From Octopus bimaculoides (lineage: Eukaryota), in the NCBI RefSeq assembly GCF_001194135.2, contig NC_068987.1, forward strand, positions 59,680,211-59,734,135: 53,925 nucleotides of DNA, written 5' to 3'. The translations under genes were made by a program, and so were the position numbers. Below the pieces are notes generated by a model that did not search any database, had not been told where the DNA came from, and saw only the letters and a list, made by a program, of their open reading frames with translations. Below are positions 46,990-53,925 of this stretch, one piece after another. Each line of letters opens with the position of its first letter. Position 1 is the stretch's first letter.

Positions 46990-49900
46990 TTGTCCAGCAG
47001 TCTAAGTTTTATTTAATGCCTTTACTGCATTATCTGTATGACTTTGGTATATTCAATTTTTGGCTTTTGTTTTGTTTCTGTTATATTGAAAGAATTTCAT
47101 GTACAGTGTCCTGCAGTAATATTTTCTGCAAGTGTGCATACTCAAGAATCCTTGGAATTTTGGTTGTTTTCTCTGCACACTTTTCGATCTTTCCCAAAGC
47201 GCCTATTACTATAAGGTGTGTTTCTCTTTTCAGCCATCTCATTGGAATTATCTCTCTTTCCAAATCTTTGTATCTGTATAATATTTCTGTTTCATTGAGA
47301 GATACACTGTCATCTGATAATTTGGTTAGGAGGCATTTATGTTCTTGGTGGTTCTTGACAAAATGTGGTCGTTACCCATGATCTTCATGTTTCTGTATAT
47401 TGTCATATCCCAGGGTATAATTGCTTCTTCATTCTCTAAACATTTTTCTAGTGTATGCTTATACCATCTCTTTTCTGTTGATAATTCAAAAATTATGGCA
47501 TAACTTCCAGTGTAAGTCTCAACTCTGTCATGTAACTGTGGATGTATTCTTTCTTAGCTAAGACAAGAGAATCAAAGAAAATCTGTTAATTGTTTCTGCC
47601 CAATCTCCATATATTTTTGTAGTAAAGTTAATGTCCTCGTTTTAATTACACGCTTTATGTGATTTGTGATGCGTAAGCTTTGATCCTGTGCCACTGCCAA
47701 AAACTCTTAGTCTCAGCCTTTAGCCTCACGATTCTCAGTGTCGCAATTTTTCTTTACCTACTTCTACCTCTTATTCTGCTTTTCTTTTCAGGCGTTGCCA
47801 CTTCATATAGAGTTTTCTTCCCGTTGTTTTATCATAGTATATTGTAGTTCATTTAAAACTAACATGTTAACCACTTCATAATATTTGTTGCTGGTTCTCC
47901 ATTTTCATTAAAAGTATTTTCATTTAAACTTCTTTTGTATTTGTTGGCCTCCTTGAATACTTGAAGAGAAAAACAGTTTTCTCCCTTTGTTCGTGTCTTG
48001 TAGCTGTCTGTATTAATTTCCCTTTTTCGTTTCCTGGTATATTTATAGTCGTACGGTAGATATTGTACAATAGATCTCCAGTTATATTTTATCTGCTGTT
48101 TTTCCAAGTATAGTAATTATCTTCATTTGTTTCTTTTTCAGTCTAGTTTGTCATTCAGTTGAAAATGTTTTAACTTATTACTTGGACAACTAAACTGTTG
48201 AAGCCAATGTCATTATCATTTAAAAAAAGAATGTATTTCGCTATATTTACGCTTTGTAATATTCTTTCATAATCTTTTTTCTGATTTGTATGTGTTGTGT
48301 ATTGTCTAGTTCATTGATACTTATGTATTTGCATGTCAGCGTTTGGTTTAAATATGCTATCTCTCTTTATTCATCACGATTTATGTGTTCTTAATTTTCT
48401 TGTTTCCAAGGTTGCTTTGAAATATTTTCTGATCTAAATCTCAAGGGATTTCTCTGGTAAATCCATGCAGTGTATGAAGTAAGGGTTTCTATTTGCTTTC
48501 ATCATCGGTAACATACACCTTAAGGTCGTCCATATACAAAAGATCTTTGATTGTCTTTCATTCGAGTCTAGCCCTATTCAGTACCATAAAGAAAAGGAAT
48601 GGCGAAAGAGAGTCTCCTTAGAATATTTTTCTTGTATCTATGGAAACAGCTTTAAGTTTTATAATTCTTTCTTTTGCAAAATTATTTGCCATTTTGTCCT
48701 GGCATGCTTTATGCATCTTCCTTTTACTGGTGATGCTTTATTCATCGTTAGTGTTTCCTGAATCCATGTGTCAAAAAGCATCCGGTTGTCATTCCATGCC
48801 ATATTCAGAACATTTATTCTGTTTTTGTAGTCTTCAGTTATAGTTTTGTTGGTCATTCGTTGATCTAGAAAGTTTTTTTACACTCTTCGCCGTTATTGCA
48901 GTTAAAGCTATGTAAAATTGTTGGAAGATATGTTATAGGTCTATACTTTTGGGTGTTGCAGTTTCTTTAGTTTCTGAAATCAATATGATTTACCTCACAA
49001 TTTGCCCAATAGGAGTTATCTCCTGCTCCGACAATAATTCATTAAATGTCTTTGCTAGAACATTATGCGTCTTTGGTACTTTATTATCGTTCGTTCTTTT
49101 AAAACATTTAGCTATTCGTTAGTTATGGCCTCCAACGTTTTATTCAGATGCTGTATTTGATGTTTGACCAGTCTTTCCGTGGTAATTTCTTCGATTGCCC
49201 ATATTTTCTCCCAAATTGCTGTACTTCTCTAACTGTTGATGTTTTGTTGATTTCTTTATTTATACCGAGTTTTTGAGAAAATCGTTTTGAATTGGATGTT
49301 TTTTTTTCTTCTTTTTTCAAAGAACCGTTTAACATTTTTCATACCGACAGATTATTTGCCATTTAACAAGAATATTTCATTTTAATAATCTCTTGATTCC
49401 TGGTATTTCATTTTATTATGTCATATTTTTGTAGTAGTTGTCTCTCTTTTCTCTTTTCCTTTGCTTAGCTGTTTGTTTTGTGATTAATCTCATTAACGAT
49501 TCTGAGATCTTTTCCTTCATTAAAAAAAAATTTCATTTGATATTCCTCTTTCATTGAATCAGAGAGAATATCCATTTCCCTTTCTAACTCCAGAGGCTGC
49601 TGCATATCTTATTTCATTTAGACTGATAATATTGATTTTTGTATTTGTGATGGCCAACTTTGACATTTTTATTGTTGTTAGTATTTTATTGGGAAGCTTT
49701 AACTTGGAAGGGACTTTCATCAGCCCATGGGAAGATCTGCTCTGTAATTCTTGAATCATATCAATATTTAGAGTTTCAGGGACATAATTTCCATCTTCAC
49801 AATTTTCTATTCTTAAATCTTTATCATATACCCCTTTATTTATATTTTTGTTTGATATTTTGTTTTATCTTGTAAACCATTGACGTTTACTCTGGTTTAC
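46990..49900 (-). mobile_element. near-complete R4/Dong-clade LINE ORF (RT, zinc finger, REL), pseudogenised
   Basis: SLNEIRYAAA (N-terminal); NMAWNDNRMLFD; GDSLSPFLFFMVL; LLYMDDLKVY (YMDD at 48525-48536); AQDQSL; LAKKEYIH; KRWYKHT; WDM; YRYKDLE...IVIGALGKI...LQKILL. The 3' end runs into a decayed (AAC/GAC/AAT)n tract at about 46900-46990. Confidence 0.88.
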
Positions 49901-50659
49901 AAATTAACTATGTTAGTAATAAAAGACTACTTCTAATCTTTTATAATATTTTAAAAGAAAATCACTTGTTGTTTACTTCTTGTTCAACATAACTTCTTTT
50001 TAGAGATACTGCTTAGAAGTGTGGCTACAGAAAATACGCCTCTAAGAATCTCAATAAAAAAGTTTTGAAAAAGAATAACACAGTCTGAAAACATCGAACA
50101 GAAATAAATGAAAACTGATCTAGTTGAAGATACAAACATATATGACACTTTAACAAACGAAAATATACGAATATTTCTAATAATGTTAAATACAACAGGA
50201 ATAATTTCATTAGCATTGTTCGTCAGAAGACGGTGCCTGATTTTGCTTGGCTCCTGGAAATGGAAAACAAAAACATGTAAGAGGTATATTACAAAGGACC
50301 TTTTCTTACGTTCGGAATAAATCAAAGAACTGGAAGAAAAGATGAGTTACACCTCTGCTTTACCAGGAAAATTAAGGTCTCCATGTCCCTTCAAAGGAAC
50401 AACTGGATGAAGCTTTTACCGACATGTGGAATAATATGGTTTTTCATCAACTAGAGTAGAATGGACTGTGTGCTGGGTCTTTGAAACCAAATACTGGGCG
50501 GGCAACAAATGAGTTCATACACTTCACACCTTCTCACAGGTTGGAGTCGAAATTGTCTTGCCATACTGTACTAATCAAAAGGCAGCGATGCAGTCGCTTG
50601 CTGTACTTAAATAGCTTTGATCGGCCTATATGTGATACTGCCATGATTTTCATAACAAT

Positions 50660-51105
50660 AACATCACTACTGTATGCTGCCGAAGTCGATTTTGCCTTTT
50701 ATCCTTTCGGGGTCGATAAGATAAGTTCCAATAAAGCATCGGGGTCGGTGTAATTGACTGCCACGCTCCCGCAAAATTTCAGGTCTTGTGCCTACATTCA
50801 GAACAATTATTAAAAATATTATCTTTTCACCGAAATTACTGGCCTTATGCCGAACTTTAAAGTCATTATAATTATTATGGACGGAGAGCTCGCAGAATCG
50901 TTAGCACGCCGGGCAAACTGTTTCGCAGCATTTCGTCCGTTTTTTAAGCTCTGAGTTCAAATTCCACCAGGTTGACGTTGCCTTTCATCCTTTCGGGGTC
51001 GATAATAGAAGTGTCAGTTGAGCACTGAGATCGATGTAATTGACTTACCCCTCCTCCGAAATTTCTGGCCTTGTGCTAAAATTTGAAATCATTATTATTA
51101 TAATG
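50660..51105 (+). mobile_element. cluster of three SINE family A pieces (5'-truncated copy, tail fragment, full monomer)
   Basis: gccgaagtcgattttgcc (50660-50810); ctggccttatgccg...cattataattatt (50825-50878); gagctcgcagaatcgttagcacgccggg...aaatttgaaatcattatt (50880-51105). Confidence 0.85.
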
Positions 51106-51277
51106 AAAACCCTTAGCTTATTTTGCTGGTTGTGATGGAAAATGTCAGCTGCCCACACCCAGCAGACTAAGGTGACACTTGTTTCCTGATCATGCTTCAA
51201 GAATCCTGCGGAAAACTCTTGCAGTTCCAACCAATGAGGATTTTTTGTACGAAGGTTTTCGAGCCATCCTGGTAGTT

Positions 51278-51280
51278 GAG

Positions 51281-51358
<78 letters not shown>

Positions 51359-51360
51359 GT
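51278..51360. repeat. (TTG)n-(TTA)n trinucleotide repeat
   Basis: Directly visible. Confidence 0.96.
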
Positions 51361-51659
51361 TAAAGAAAAATTGTTAATAATTTCCCTTTGTTGGGATTTG
51401 TTGTTATTTTTTGCTCTCCACTTTTTGCGATAGAAGAATCCATGATCCCACAAAAATGGGCTGTACCTATGTTTGTATCCCTCTGGGACTATACTTATAA
51501 GGAATAAAAAGGTTGTCAAGAAATGTAGCGACAGTATTAGATTGCCAAAGAATAAGAAAAGGGAGTGGGAGATGATTTACGCAGCGAGGAGGGGTTTCCC
51601 GCTTATAGACACACCTTTATTAAGTGTTTCCTCTTCTCACAGCCACCGGTGTAAACATA

Positions 51660-51985
51660 CCACTACCACAGTCGCCACTGCCACCTCCACAATCACCTCC
51701 GCCACAGCCACCTCCATCACGACGCAGACCACCATGGCATCACCACCACCATCATCACCACCACCACAGCTATCAACACGACCATCACCACCACGAACAC
51801 TATGGCTACCACGATAACCATCATCACATCACCACCACCACCACCATCATAACCACTTCAGCCATTTCCCATCTCGACCGTCACCATCATGACTGTCACC
51901 ATCACGACCGTCACCATCATGACCATCAATATAGCAATGATGGCGACGACCATCACCATCACCACCACTACCACCGCCATCCCAA
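51660..51985. repeat. degenerate (CAC/CAT/GAC)n low-complexity tract
   Basis: Directly visible; produces poly-His/Thr/Pro ORFs in several frames. Confidence 0.85.
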
Positions 51986-52916
51986 TTAAGTGATTTTGTA
52001 CACAGGAAATCAAGACGATTGTGAAGTGATATTATCATTAACTAAACACTGTCACTGACAAGAACGATGTCGCCATCATCTAGGATACGATCATACACAC
52101 AGATAAGGAAATGAACACCAGCAAATACTGTTGGCGTTGCAATCGTTCTGTTGTATTCGTTACAGGTAACCAAAATCACATAGGCGCACAAAAATATATT
52201 CACAGTCATGCATTAACATAAGACACTCACAGTGTACACACAAACAACTTCTCATTCAAATTTAGGTATGTACACATAAACACATGCCAGAATAGTTATG
52301 CATATATTTGTGTGTGCGTAAGTGTGTTTTGCTTTTTTACATGTCATTCGTCATCCGTAGTTCATTATACATTCCGTTCCATATTTTGGGGAAAAAATGA
52401 TGACTATGGTTTGTTAATAAACTAATTAACTTGTGCGTTGCATACAAACTAATTAATCTATAAATAATTCAGTTTTAACCAGGGGAGCTGAAAACATATT
52501 TAGTATAAGATATTGAATGTTCAAGATATTTCATATTGAGCTAAGATACAACTAAATACTGTGATAGATATGTGAATGTTTTGCAAACCACACAAATGAA
52601 AAGTTTGCTCTCAGGAAGCTGGATATTCAGTATAGTCCACTACACAAAGGAATTATTTTTAGTCCATGTTTCTAACGGTTTAGAAATGGCCGAATAGAAA
52701 GGCTCACGGCTTTCTGCTGAACCTCTGAGTCTGATGATAGAAAAGAAAGACGAAACCATAACTGATTGCTTGCCGCATCTGGAAACAGTATATCAAGATA
52801 TTAAGTTGTTTCAGACTGGAGCCCTCACCAGAAAGCTTGCAATACTGTAGAGTCCACGGAAGGCATCAGATGATGCTTGAACAGGACGAAAGATTGTGCC
52901 TACCTTCCAAAGTCTT

Positions 52917-53070
52917 ACGGGCTTCTATACGGTTTCGATCTATCTCTTTTTACTTGTGTGGCTTTGGTCGGCTCGAAGCTGTGGCAGAAGACACTGCTCA
53001 AAGTATCACGCATGGAGATAGAATTAATAACCACGTGATTGTTATGCAAACTTCTTAACCACGCAATAGC
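52917..53070 (-). mobile_element. SINE family B 5' half, diverged
   Basis: acgggcttct...ggctttggtcggctcgaagct...agaagacact...cttcttaaccac is the reverse complement of the family B head. Confidence 0.7.
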
Positions 53071-53925
53071 CCTTGATGTTCAACTGACAATTCTTGTGAT
53101 CTGCTGCTCCAGTACAATATTTATTCGATTAGTTCTAGACATTTTGCTAATTTCCAATAACTTTTTGATCAGTTATTCATAAAAAAACCCCATTTATTTT
53201 AGTGGAGAAGTTCAAAATGGTAAGTAGGAAGTACTCTATATCACTAGACAGAACATGCAAATTAGATTGTCAATGCACAGATTTCAGTTCAGACACTATG
53301 TAATTTAAGAAACAAATAAAACAAGAATGATATTATCTGCAGTGAGCAGATCTTGATAAATTATTCAAAAATGCATATATTGTGATTTCCATCGGCAAAC
53401 GAATGAAGATTCACACAAGTTCAAAACATTATTCATTTATCCATCATTGATTAGTGATCGTTATCTTTCGCATGAACTGAACTTAAATAAGTAGACATAT
53501 GAGAAATTTTATGCAAACGATTCTAATAACTCGATAGATTCCATAAAATTTTATCCATCTTCATTTTTACCAGCGCTATTTTCCTGTTAGAGAAATGCAA
53601 TAAACTAAATGGGGCCAATACGTTAGATTTTCTGTCTTGGTGCAGGTTTATCTTAGGATTTGTACTCAACACTAAGATACACAGGCGCATCAATAGGTGC
53701 ATGGTTAAGGTCCCACTCCACGTCACCTTCAGCGGATGCCACCTACCGTAGCTTCGTGCTAACTTAATAAATTGTGAACAGAGAAGCGGTGTAGAAACCC
53801 ATCGTTTACAACATACATATGTTTATAGAGAGATCCATACCTATCTATATCTATGTATATCATTCTTTCTTCCTTTCCTATCTTCTCTCTCTTTTACATA
53901 TGTATACATGTATATATATATATAT

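Noticed and set aside
51473-52038. Poly-His/Thr/Pro ORFs resembling histidine-rich proteins
   Set aside because: A degenerate trinucleotide repeat that is open in several frames and on both strands; no non-repetitive domain or splice support.

Overview
This is AT-rich, repeat-dense animal genomic DNA from a gapped scaffold; all seven N-runs are flanked by microsatellites. The SINE families and repeat style suggest an octopus, probably Octopus bimaculoides; this is inferred from remembered repeat families, not from a search. I cannot identify any host protein-coding gene, RNA gene or CRISPR array. Recognisable content: three Tc1/mariner lineages (a DD37D/maT-like fragment, a full-length decayed mariner with TIRs, and an internally deleted irritans-like copy); hAT-type MITEs; at least five remnants of R4/Dong-clade REL retrotransposons (one near-complete, with YMDD); L1/Tx1-like elements; the 3' REL end of a CRE-clade retrotransposon; about 20 copies of four tRNA- or RTE-related SINE types; and many microsatellites. 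I do not see a convincing new biological system. The best leads are SINE dimers bounded by a single TSD pair, R4/Dong ends joined tail-to-tail to SINE (ATT)n tails, a CRE-clade fragment, an ORF1-RT-tail fusion derivative of L1/Tx1, an unexplained GC-rich ORF, and a speculative chain of minus-strand small exons. Boundaries of decayed elements are approximate, within tens of bp.
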